64,000 nt of DNA. Origin: a virus. The translations under genes were made by a program, and so were the position numbers. Position 1 is the first letter of the stretch. Each line of letters opens with the position of its first letter. The stretch covers positions 40,851 through 104,850 of the IMG/VR virus record IMGVR_UViG_3300033141_004289, one strand, 5' to 3'. Shown in pieces: positions 38,088 to 46,509 of the stretch. The notes beneath the pieces were generated by a model, which worked only from the letters and a program-made list of their open reading frames with translations, was not told the origin of the DNA and did not search any database.

Positions 38088-39304
38088 TGGGATTACCGTT
38101 TATCATTACAGAAGGTACAAGCCTTATCGTTGATACAAACGGTAATATTGCCGGAATTGTTCCAGCATTGGCCGGATATAATAGATTTGCAGTTGATGGC
38201 ACAATTAGAAGTGGAAGAGATTTTGGTGGTGGTTTTTTAAATGCAGACGTTGTTTTAAAAAATGAAAGACATGCTTTAGTTACAGATGCCTTTGTAACTG
38301 TTGAACAAGTTTTTGGTTTTGATGATTTTGCAGATAGTTGGTTTTTCATTGATGATGCTGGTGCTATTGGTGACACTATTACAATTCATATTGATGGTTT
38401 TATAGATACTACAGGTGGTGGAGAAAGAACCGTTCCTACAATAGACCACACTGTAACTGTAACAGCATTAGAAGCTGGTAATGAGGTTGAGTTAAGAGAT
38501 TTAATTATTGCTGAATTAAATGCTTTACTAGATTTCAGCGAATTTTGGAAGGCCTCAAGTATTAAAGATAATGCTGCCGTTCATGTTGGGTCAAAGAAAA
38601 TTGGTGAATACGGTGATAGATTAGGATTTAACGCTTTTAATATTACAACTACTGGTTCTATTATTTGGCATTTTCAAGATAGTGACAATAATATAATGAA
38701 GAGGCGTGGTAAACAAAACTCTGGTGCTCGTGACCCTCGTGATAAAAGACTAGTTACTATTGGTATTTCTGGTGAAGTTCAGGCCGTTCCCGGTGCTGCT
38801 GGTGATATTTTTATTCAGAACGTAACAGATGATGGACTGCCAACAGGTAGTGCTGATTTAAGAGTTAATGGAAGTAATACTCCACAATTATTTTATATTG
38901 ACCCAAATGATGAAAAAGATTTATTTATAACTGAATTAAGATTTTACGGTGGTGGAAATGGTATTCAATACGACAATTTTATCTCTCAAAATGGAAAACT
39001 AGATGAGGGGATAAAAGTTGAAATTAGATCAGATGAAGAAATTTTAACCTTTCCGTTAATTAAATCAACAGAAGATTTTAAAAATAAATGGGCATTTGGT
39101 TCAGGTGCTAACTTTAAAATGGAAACGCCTGCTGGTACTGACCAGTTTTTAGCTGTTTTGAATTTTGATAACCCTTTTCCTTTAAGGAAACTCGGTACAT
39201 TTCAAACAGGCGATGATTTTATTCATGTAACTATTCAGGACGGTTTGCAATCTGGTTTAACCGAACTAGAGTGTTTAGCAGTTGGTTTTTTGAGGGAAGT
39301 ATAA
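38087..39304 (+). CDS. Hypothetical structural protein
   Basis: 405 aa, TAATG-coupled. Confidence 0.6.
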   Translation: MGLPFIITEGTSLIVDTNGNIAGIVPALAGYNRFAVDGTIRSGRDFGGGFLNADVVLKNERHALVTDAFVTVEQVFGFDDFADSWFFIDDAGAIGDTITIHIDGFIDTTGGGERTVPTIDHTVTVTALEAGNEVELRDLIIAELNALLDFSEFWKASSIKDNAAVHVGSKKIGEYGDRLGFNAFNITTTGSIIWHFQDSDNNIMKRRGKQNSGARDPRDKRLVTIGISGEVQAVPGAAGDIFIQNVTDDGLPTGSADLRVNGSNTPQLFYIDPNDEKDLFITELRFYGGGNGIQYDNFISQNGKLDEGIKVEIRSDEEILTFPLIKSTEDFKNKWAFGSGANFKMETPAGTDQFLAVLNFDNPFPLRKLGTFQTGDDFIHVTIQDGLQSGLTELECLAVGFLREV

Positions 39305-40323
39305 TGAGAGTTCCTTGGAGTACATTTAAAGAAATCGCTACTAGTAAAAAAATCAATATTCAATATATTGATTTAAGTGGTGCTTATTGGTTAAAAGCAT
39401 TTGATGGGCCATTTGAAATAGAAGCAATAATTAATCAAGATGATACAGAAAATGTTGATTTAATTGATTTTGAAGCAAATTATAAAGCAAAAAGTAATTT
39501 ACCAATTGAATTAAGAACAGGTATTGCAAAAATACCTAAAGTTTCTATATATAAGGCCGAAGGTAGTAGTGCTACTAAAGTAACCCATGATTTTACAAAT
39601 AAGACTACTTGGTTCACTAATTCAATATTAGTAGAAAATGAAACATTAGTTTTAGAATCAGGAAAGATATATACAGCAACTAATGACCATTGGATTGATT
39701 TAAATCATGGTAACTATTATGCAGAGGATAATTTAACAGTAAATGATATTCCATTATTTTATGGTGGTGTAAGAATCTATCAAAATTATGTTTACGATAA
39801 TGGAACTGAGTTAGTTGAAGATACTGATTATATAATTGACCACCATACTGGAAAAGTTACCTTTGATGCTGATTATACAATTGTTGGAACAATAACTGCC
39901 ACCTATCATTACGCCACAGATGCTACTTGGGTTATTAAACCTGATGCTGGAAAAATATTACATATTGAACATTCTGAGTTACAATTTTCTAAAGATTTTG
40001 TAATGTCTACACCCATGAAATTTGAAATATGGGTTTATCATCCAGATCAAGTTTCTTATCCTAGTATGAAAATAAAGTATAAGGAAACTATTTACAAAAA
40101 TATTAAAGATATTATTAATGCAGCAAATTTAGGACAAGGTTTTATTCCGGCCTGTAGTGGGTTAACAAATGATGTATTAGTTTTTCCTTTTTCATATGCA
40201 ACTTTAATTTCATTTCAATCAAGTGTTGGAGCAGAATTAAGAGTTACGATGGATATAGAAGATGAATTAGCTGGTGAATGGGCAACAGCTACTTTCTACT
40301 CTCTTTCAGAGGATGAGGTATGA
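39304..40323 (+). CDS. Hypothetical structural protein
   Basis: ATG39304 coupled to the upstream stop; DYIIDHHTGKVTF virion-type motif. Confidence 0.6.
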   Translation: MRVPWSTFKEIATSKKINIQYIDLSGAYWLKAFDGPFEIEAIINQDDTENVDLIDFEANYKAKSNLPIELRTGIAKIPKVSIYKAEGSSATKVTHDFTNKTTWFTNSILVENETLVLESGKIYTATNDHWIDLNHGNYYAEDNLTVNDIPLFYGGVRIYQNYVYDNGTELVEDTDYIIDHHTGKVTFDADYTIVGTITATYHYATDATWVIKPDAGKILHIEHSELQFSKDFVMSTPMKFEIWVYHPDQVSYPSMKIKYKETIYKNIKDIINAANLGQGFIPACSGLTNDVLVFPFSYATLISFQSSVGAELRVTMDIEDELAGEWATATFYSLSEDEV

Positions 40324-40859
40324 GCCAACCCTTTGACCCTATAACTTTAGACCTTGTATTATGGGATTATTCCCCTGATATGCATGTAAGGGCCATATTA
40401 GAAGCTGATGGGTTAACACAACCAATTTCACCAGTTGTTATCCCTCATAAATCAAGTGGTAGATATGTACTCTATGACCCACCAAATATTTATTTTCCAG
40501 ATAATGTAAGTCATTATGCAATAACTTATGAAGTATTTAAAGATTCAGGTTTTACTCAAAGAAGCTTAACTCATGCTCCATATATGGAACATTATACTAA
40601 AGATAATCCAATTCCGGGTGGTGACCCAGAAGTTATTGAGAAGCTAAATCAAGTAATAGATATAGTTACATCTCACGATGTGAATAGCCAGATTGTTGGT
40701 GTGTTACAAGAGGAATTTGAATTAGTTGGTGTTGTAATGCCTGAAGACGTAATTGGTGTTGCATTTGATGATATTACTCTAGTTGGTCTAGTATTAGATG
40801 AAGGTGACACTGGTGGTGATATTTTTGATAATGATGATTTAACAGGTACAATAAATTAA
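40320..40859 (+). CDS. Hypothetical structural protein
   Basis: 179 aa, ATGA overlap. Confidence 0.55.
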   Translation: MSQPFDPITLDLVLWDYSPDMHVRAILEADGLTQPISPVVIPHKSSGRYVLYDPPNIYFPDNVSHYAITYEVFKDSGFTQRSLTHAPYMEHYTKDNPIPGGDPEVIEKLNQVIDIVTSHDVNSQIVGVLQEEFELVGVVMPEDVIGVAFDDITLVGLVLDEGDTGGDIFDNDDLTGTIN

Positions 40860-40869
40860 GAGGTGAATT

Positions 40870-41457
40870 ATGAATACACAATCAACAATAGTAAGAGGTG
40901 AAGATAGGCCTTTAATTCTTAGAATGGTTTTTAAAGAATCCAGAGAGCCATTTGATTTGGTTAATTGGTCAAAGGTTACTATTCAATTTAGAAAAGCTGA
41001 TAGGTCAATACTTGAAAAAGATTCTGATCTAGTTGGTGGTGTATTTGCTACAATGCTTTATGAAGCAGTTAATTATACTGCGGCTACAGTTGGTAGTGGT
41101 GGAAATGGTATTTTATTGCCATTTGATGGAATTAAAAACATAGCAACCGTTGTTAGTGAGTGGAATACGGCCAATCCAACAAATCAAGTTGTTCATGATG
41201 CCTCTGATGATTTAGTTGTTCCATCAACTGCAAATGTGCAATTAATTGGTGGAGTTGACCCAACTAGAAATGTTGAAGTTATTAATGAAGCTGTAGGTAA
41301 AATTTCAGTTCATTTAACAGATGCAGATACTCAGTCATTAAAAACAGGTCCTAATCAGTCGTTTAAAGTAATAGTTGATAAAGGCGATCATCCAAACGGT
41401 GAGCGAAGAGTTGTTATTTTTGATAGTGCTTTAAATGTAATTAATGCAGATATTTAA
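40870..41457 (+). CDS. BppU-N-like structural protein with internal insertion
   Basis: IVRGED...PFDL...GKISVHLTDADTQSLKTG. Confidence 0.55.
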   Translation: MNTQSTIVRGEDRPLILRMVFKESREPFDLVNWSKVTIQFRKADRSILEKDSDLVGGVFATMLYEAVNYTAATVGSGGNGILLPFDGIKNIATVVSEWNTANPTNQVVHDASDDLVVPSTANVQLIGGVDPTRNVEVINEAVGKISVHLTDADTQSLKTGPNQSFKVIVDKGDHPNGERRVVIFDSALNVINADI

Positions 41458-41574
41458 TGTAAGATTGGAACATTTGCAATCAACCTAAAGATATCTTAAA
41501 CTTATTGTAAGCATACAATTAGGAATTCAAGGAAGAGATTCTAATTCAGCATAAAATGGATAGGGTGTACCTAT

Positions 41575-41633
41575 AAAAAGGGGCCTGATTATATGCTTAC
41601 AAGGATGTTATGGTGCTAGTTAGGCCCTTTTTT
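41575..41633. terminator. Putative bidirectional terminator at the convergence of the late operon and the reverse-strand genes
   Basis: AAAAAGGGGCCTGATTA...TAGTTAGGCCCTTTTTT with T-tracts on both strands; large 25-nt loop. Confidence 0.45.
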
Positions 41634-41893
41634 CTTTTTGCAAGTTTTGAAGCAACTAATCTACCACACGGTCTATCGGAAGGGAATCCCACATATGAAC
41701 AAGCGGTTGGTTTTATTTTTAGTAATTTTGCTAATTTTTTATAGTTTGTTTCAATTATATCGTACTTGTCGTCTGGAATCGGTGTTAGACCGTATTCAGA
41801 ACCACAGTAATACCTAAACTTATGTTCTAATATTTCCCAACCTAATTTAGTAAATATTTTATTTGCTTGTTTCTTTGTTAACTTTTTCTTCAT
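41597..41893 (-). CDS. Stand-alone NAD-dependent DNA ligase domain Ia-like protein
   Basis: ILEHKFRYY...PIPDDKYDIIE matches LigA Ia HxxxYY...PxIxDxxYD. Confidence 0.7.
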   Translation of the reverse strand: MKKKLTKKQANKIFTKLGWEILEHKFRYYCGSEYGLTPIPDDKYDIIETNYKKLAKLLKIKPTACSYVGFPSDRPCGRLVASKLAKRKKGLTSTITSL

Positions 41894-42194
41894 CTCTAAA
41901 GCTCATTTCCATAACTTTTTCAAGTGTTGGTGTACCCATTTTAAAATTTTTGTTCTTTTTAAAGGCTATTTCATTTTCTAATAAAAATTCGTGTATATCA
42001 CCTCTTAATGTATCCAAGGTTAACTTATCCTTATCCCTGACTATTCTTTCCTCAATTGTTTGAAACGCTTGCATTTGGCCAAGTAGGTAAAAATCCTTTA
42101 TGTAAGTGTAAAAATTCTTATAACAGAATTTCTTCTTTTCACCAGGGCCAAATAATCTTCTACTATGTACTTTTAAAAAGTGGTCTAATTTCAT
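41859..42194 (-). CDS. Hypothetical protein
   Basis: 111 aa, AAGGA RBS. Confidence 0.55.
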   Translation of the reverse strand: MKLDHFLKVHSRRLFGPGEKKKFCYKNFYTYIKDFYLLGQMQAFQTIEERIVRDKDKLTLDTLRGDIHEFLLENEIAFKKNKNFKMGTPTLEKVMEMSFRDEEKVNKETSK

Positions 42195-42275
42195 ATTCTT
42201 TCCTTTGTTCTTGAAATAGCCAAGTATTTAATTTATCTATTATAAAATTATCAACCAAATTTCAATGGAGAAAAC

Positions 42276-42554
42276 ATGAATAAATTACCCGAAAAAGTTG
42301 TTATGGCCCTTTACAAGATTGATTTAAAGATTAAGGAACTAAATGAAAAAAAGAAGGAGTTGACTCGCAAGGCATTTGATAAATTCGGTGAGTCCACTGG
42401 TGTAGTTACAGTCAAAGGTGAGAAGCCTTATTTAAGGGTAAAAATCATCGATTCTGGGCCTAATTTTATGGAAGGTGAGACATTGTTCAGGTCTGCCGGA
42501 ATTAATCGATTTAACGCTGATATAAGCTGTTTAAAGCACCCACCTAAATCATAG
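42276..42554 (+). CDS. Hypothetical protein
   Basis: 92 aa, GGAG RBS. Confidence 0.6.
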   Translation: MNKLPEKVVMALYKIDLKIKELNEKKKELTRKAFDKFGESTGVVTVKGEKPYLRVKIIDSGPNFMEGETLFRSAGINRFNADISCLKHPPKS

Positions 42555-42642
42555 TAATTTATAGCTATAAATTACCTCTCTTTTTCGCCTGATTTTGTAT
42601 GGTTAGATACCCTATAATCTTTATAATAGTCGAGTTATTCAC

Positions 42643-42670
42643 TTGACTATTATCCTCTATAAGTTATAAT
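42643..42670 (+). promoter_or_regulatory. Sigma70-type (early) promoter
   Basis: TTGACT-16 nt-TATAAT upstream of GGGAGG RBS and a run of small + strand ORFs. Confidence 0.75.
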
Positions 42671-42705
42671 GGGTTATACCCATTATTTGAAAATAGGGAG
42701 GAATT

Positions 42706-42879
42706 ATGAGTAACAAAAAGCCATCTATCGAAGCCTTTTATAAGGTCCATAAACTCGAAATTGACTCAAGTTGGATTGCATATTTAGAAGATGCAAAAAT
42801 GTTTAATATAGATAGAGATAGTTCTGAAGAAGCTAAAATTTTATTTATTGAGCAATATTATTACGATTTCTGTTTCTAA
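42706..42879 (+). CDS. 57-aa hypothetical (not in the ORF track), first gene after the early promoter
   Basis: GGGAGG RBS; MSNKKPSIEAFYKVHK...YYYDFCF*. Confidence 0.65.
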   Translation: MSNKKPSIEAFYKVHKLEIDSSWIAYLEDAKMFNIDRDSSEEAKILFIEQYYYDFCF

Positions 42880-42904
42880 TACAAAATTAATAAGGAGGAC
42901 TTTA

Positions 42905-43234
42905 ATGAGATCACCTAAAGAACAAATTGAATGGCAAAAACAGGCATATGGAATGACATGGGAAGAGGTTGAATATCAAGTTCCAGAACATTGTAGGCAG
43001 TCACCCTATGATTGTAATTCCGTAGCCATTTCAATGCTATCAGATTTACAGCATGAAATTGAGCATGACATTCTTTCTAAAGAGAAGATGAATCAAAAAA
43101 TAAACATTATTAAAAAGTTTATTATGCTTAGTGGAGATAAATTCACCACTGCACTTTCAGAATTATCAGGTAAGGATACTGAAGCAACATATCTTGAATA
43201 TAGAAACAAAGATATTAAACCCGCAAAACTTTAG
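42905..43234 (+). CDS. Hypothetical early protein
   Basis: TAAGGAGG RBS before ATG42905. Confidence 0.65.
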   Translation: MRSPKEQIEWQKQAYGMTWEEVEYQVPEHCRQSPYDCNSVAISMLSDLQHEIEHDILSKEKMNQKINIIKKFIMLSGDKFTTALSELSGKDTEATYLEYRNKDIKPAKL

Positions 43235-43263
43235 ACAATAATAATTCAACAAAGGGGAGAGTT

Positions 43264-43824
43264 ATGAATAAGAAAAAAGATTATAAAGGTGGCCTATCAG
43301 AAGGTGTAACATCGTCTTATCATTTTAAAGACTATGTAGAATCAGGTCATCCATCTGGATATATTGGTGCATATAATAGATCAGCTAATAAGGATAAAAT
43401 AGTTGAAAAAGCACTTAGAGATACTGGATTAGGTGATGGTGGAGTAGCTTGTTGGCTAACATCTGGGAATGGCCGTCATTTGATGGATGATGTGGGTAAA
43501 ACCATCAAGGAATTTAAAAAACGAGTTAATGAATATACTAAAGGTGCATTTGAAGATGTTACAGTTTGGAACCACCCAGATCATACAGGATTTTATAGCG
43601 CAACTATAAAATTAAAAGAAGAAATTTTTGATAAAAAAACAATGCTAATGGCTCAACTTACAAGGGCCGTTAATATGGATATTGAAGTAGATCGAGCATA
43701 TTACCTAGTGTTTTCAGAATTTCCAACTATGAAGGTGCTGATTAATTTAATTGATACAACAGAGAAAATGGACTCATTTTTGAAAAAGAAGATTAAGGCC
43801 TATATTAAACAGCTTAAATCTTAG
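43264..43824 (+). CDS. Hypothetical early protein
   Basis: 186 aa, GGGGAG RBS. Confidence 0.65.
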   Translation: MNKKKDYKGGLSEGVTSSYHFKDYVESGHPSGYIGAYNRSANKDKIVEKALRDTGLGDGGVACWLTSGNGRHLMDDVGKTIKEFKKRVNEYTKGAFEDVTVWNHPDHTGFYSATIKLKEEIFDKKTMLMAQLTRAVNMDIEVDRAYYLVFSEFPTMKVLINLIDTTEKMDSFLKKKIKAYIKQLKS

Positions 43825-43842
43825 CGAGATTGGAGGAAAACG

Positions 43843-44025
43843 ATGATTAAAAGATACAAAAAAATAAATTTAAGGATGAATAGGTGGTCAGATATTGTAG
43901 AAATTGACATTGAATCTGAGGTTAAAAGATCACCTAAATTCTGGAAAATAGAAGGTAAAAGCATTTTCTCATTATGTGAATATGGTTACCCTTGGTACAA
44001 ATACGAAGAGGTAGGAGACAAATAA
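43843..44025 (+). CDS. Hypothetical protein
   Basis: 60 aa, GGAGG RBS. Confidence 0.6.
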   Translation: MIKRYKKINLRMNRWSDIVEIDIESEVKRSPKFWKIEGKSIFSLCEYGYPWYKYEEVGDK

Positions 44026-44042
44026 TAATTTAAAATAAGGAT

Positions 44043-44696
44043 TTGGATATGGCTATGAAACTAGGAAATGTATATTTATATAATAAGACCTACCTTTATT
44101 TTAAGGATAAAAGAAGGGTAAAAAAGAGGATTGTCTATACTGTTCAGGAAGTTAGTTCAGCGGGTGAATTATCTGAGCCATTTGAAAAAATGTTTAGGCG
44201 AAATGATTGTAAATTAGTTGATAAGTGTGAAATTAATATACAGGTTATTTTATCCAAATACGATAAGGATAAAAACAAATTTTACCAATTAGTCAAACGA
44301 GCAGTAGTTTATAATGATACCAGTAAGGCATACAGGGTTAATCAAAGAAAATCCTACCATGATAATATAGCTAAATTGGCCATATGTTGTAGTGGTTATT
44401 TCAATAAAGCGGAAGATCGAAGATACAATTTAAGAGATTTTAGTGAAGCAATGAATTTAACTAGAAACTCAGACCTTTATAAATGGGTCAGGGATTTTTA
44501 CAATTTTTATTTTACAACCAAAAAATATAAGCAAGCCATTCCTAGTGCATCAGATACAACAATTATATCAGTTATTAGAAAGTATAATGAAACACTGAGT
44601 TCTTATATTGGTTATTCAAAGAAATTAGATGAACTAATCCACAATGATTTAAAGGCATATATAAAGGAGTTTCAAAAACGGGGTTTAAGATTATGA
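44043..44696 (+). CDS. Hypothetical protein, possible HTH
   Basis: NLRDFSEAMNLTRNSDLYKWV is HTH-like. Confidence 0.5.
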   Translation: MDMAMKLGNVYLYNKTYLYFKDKRRVKKRIVYTVQEVSSAGELSEPFEKMFRRNDCKLVDKCEINIQVILSKYDKDKNKFYQLVKRAVVYNDTSKAYRVNQRKSYHDNIAKLAICCSGYFNKAEDRRYNLRDFSEAMNLTRNSDLYKWVRDFYNFYFTTKKYKQAIPSASDTTIISVIRKYNETLSSYIGYSKKLDELIHNDLKAYIKEFQKRGLRL

Positions 44697-45229
44697 AGAT
44701 AGAATTTAGCGGGGTAAAAGACGAAAAAATGCAAAAAGAAATTGAGACATCACTCGTAGACACAATGAAACTATTTTATGCATCAAGCGAAGGTCAAGAT
44801 TATGGAAAAACATTACACCGTCATAAGTTAAATGTAATCCTTAGCTCAAGGATGCGAACCTATGGTGGTTGGGCAACAGGGCATATAAATGAAATAAAAT
44901 TAAACTATAAATTATTAAAAGATAACCCATCAGAACTAATCGGTACTTTCATACACGAATTGGCACATATATTAATCTTCCATATACACCAATATGATGT
45001 AAGACCCCATGGAAAAGAATGGAAAGCATTAATGGTTTCATTAAATAGTGACCCGAGTAGATGTCACAATATGGATACTTCAAAAATGAGAAGAAGACAA
45101 AGACGTTTTAGTTACGGTTGTGGGTGTAGAACATTTAACTTATCAGCAACTAAGGCAAACAGAATTGAAAAAGGTAGAAACTATTGGTGCTTAAAATGTA
45201 AAAAGGACTTAATTAAAATAAAGGAGTGA
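44693..45229 (+). CDS. SprT-like zinc metalloprotease
   Basis: SSRMRTYGG, HELAH, PHGKEWKALM, YGCGC...CLKC. Confidence 0.9.
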   Translation: MKIEFSGVKDEKMQKEIETSLVDTMKLFYASSEGQDYGKTLHRHKLNVILSSRMRTYGGWATGHINEIKLNYKLLKDNPSELIGTFIHELAHILIFHIHQYDVRPHGKEWKALMVSLNSDPSRCHNMDTSKMRRRQRRFSYGCGCRTFNLSATKANRIEKGRNYWCLKCKKDLIKIKE

Positions 45230-45230
45230 T

Positions 45231-46142
45231 ATGCAGAAACTATTATTATTAGATTACATAGATGGTTCTAAAAAACCAAAAACAGAAGCTTGGGAATTTT
45301 TTACAAAGGTATTTAGCTACGCAAAACACTTTAAAATGATTGGCCCAAATAAAAGCTCATTTCAAGTACACACTAAAACATTGGAAGAAAGAGAATTTAT
45401 AGATAATGTTGAAATGCTAATGGGTAAAGATGAATCCTTTTTAAATTTATTTGCTAGTTATGCTTCTTATATAAATAAAAAGGGTGAAGCATATGTATTT
45501 AGTAATGGATTAGTTAATGCTTTATCAAATACCAAAATGGATATTAAAGGTAGTTATTTACCAGATAAATTCTGTGGGTATATTGAATTACCAAATTTAA
45601 GAGATCAGGACAACGAGGTTATTCAAGGAATAATAGTTGATATAGATACAATAGAAGGTAAGTGGTATTTAAGATTTGCCTATGTAACTAATCTAAAGGG
45701 ATTAGTTATGGGGCACTTTTTTATACATATTGATGGAAATAAACCAATATCAGAATTGGCTGAAAGTTATAAGTTTAGAGAGGGGAGAGTTGGAGAGAAT
45801 GGTGGTGTAGAATACAGCACAACACAGGGTATTTACCATTCCTTTAGTTCCGTTATTATAAATGCCATATTATATCTAACCTCTCAGGACGCAGATTTAA
45901 TCCAATCAATCAATGAATTCTCACCTAAAAAATCCAAGTCATCAGGTCAAAAAAGGATATTTACTTCCAAATCATTTTGGTCGGTTGGAACAACTAAAGA
46001 ATTCCATCAAATAAATAAGCCTTTAAAAAGTAATATATCAGTTATAGGTCATTGGAGATTTCAACCATGCGGACCTAAAAAACAATTTGTAAAGTTTATT
46101 TATATTTCCCCACACACTAGAAACAAAAAGGAGGCAAAATGA
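45231..46142 (+). CDS. Hypothetical protein with C-terminal V.GHWR.Q.CG motif
   Basis: VIGHWRFQPCGPKKQFVKFIYISPHTR. Confidence 0.65.
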   Translation: MQKLLLLDYIDGSKKPKTEAWEFFTKVFSYAKHFKMIGPNKSSFQVHTKTLEEREFIDNVEMLMGKDESFLNLFASYASYINKKGEAYVFSNGLVNALSNTKMDIKGSYLPDKFCGYIELPNLRDQDNEVIQGIIVDIDTIEGKWYLRFAYVTNLKGLVMGHFFIHIDGNKPISELAESYKFREGRVGENGGVEYSTTQGIYHSFSSVIINAILYLTSQDADLIQSINEFSPKKSKSSGQKRIFTSKSFWSVGTTKEFHQINKPLKSNISVIGHWRFQPCGPKKQFVKFIYISPHTRNKKEAK

Positions 46143-46339
46143 TGTTAAAAGCTATCGTTGAAAAATTAAGGTTAAAGGCTTGCTATCTTATTGAAGATAT
46201 CGGTGACGTTCAATCTATTGAATTTAAAGAACTTGATACTCGTGGGAATAGGGCATTGCTAAATTCTTTAAGGGAAATTAACCAGAGTATTAGTGAACTA
46301 ATTGATGATTTAGACAATGAACTAAAGGAGGAAAAATGA
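46139..46339 (+). CDS. Hypothetical protein
   Basis: 66 aa, AGGAGG RBS. Confidence 0.55.
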   Translation: MMLKAIVEKLRLKACYLIEDIGDVQSIEFKELDTRGNRALLNSLREINQSISELIDDLDNELKEEK

Positions 46340-46500
46340 AAATACTAGAAATGTCAGATGACCAGTTAATTGAAGCATTAAGTTACATGGAAAAAGTACC
46401 TATAGAAGACCCAAATTTCTCAGGTTGGAATTTTGATGAAGATTGCTGGAAGGATAAAAAACAGGAGTTATTAGACGAGAAGGATAGAAGAATTAACTAG
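46336..46500 (+). CDS. 54-aa hypothetical (not in the ORF track)
   Basis: AAGGAGG RBS; MKILEMSDDQLIEAL...DRRIN*. Confidence 0.6.
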   Translation: MKILEMSDDQLIEALSYMEKVPIEDPNFSGWNFDEDCWKDKKQELLDEKDRRIN

Positions 46501-46509
46501 GAGGTAAAA

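Noticed and set aside
41458-42705. tRNA or CRISPR array in the intergenic gaps
   Set aside because: No cloverleaf/T-loop consensus and no regularly spaced repeats were seen.
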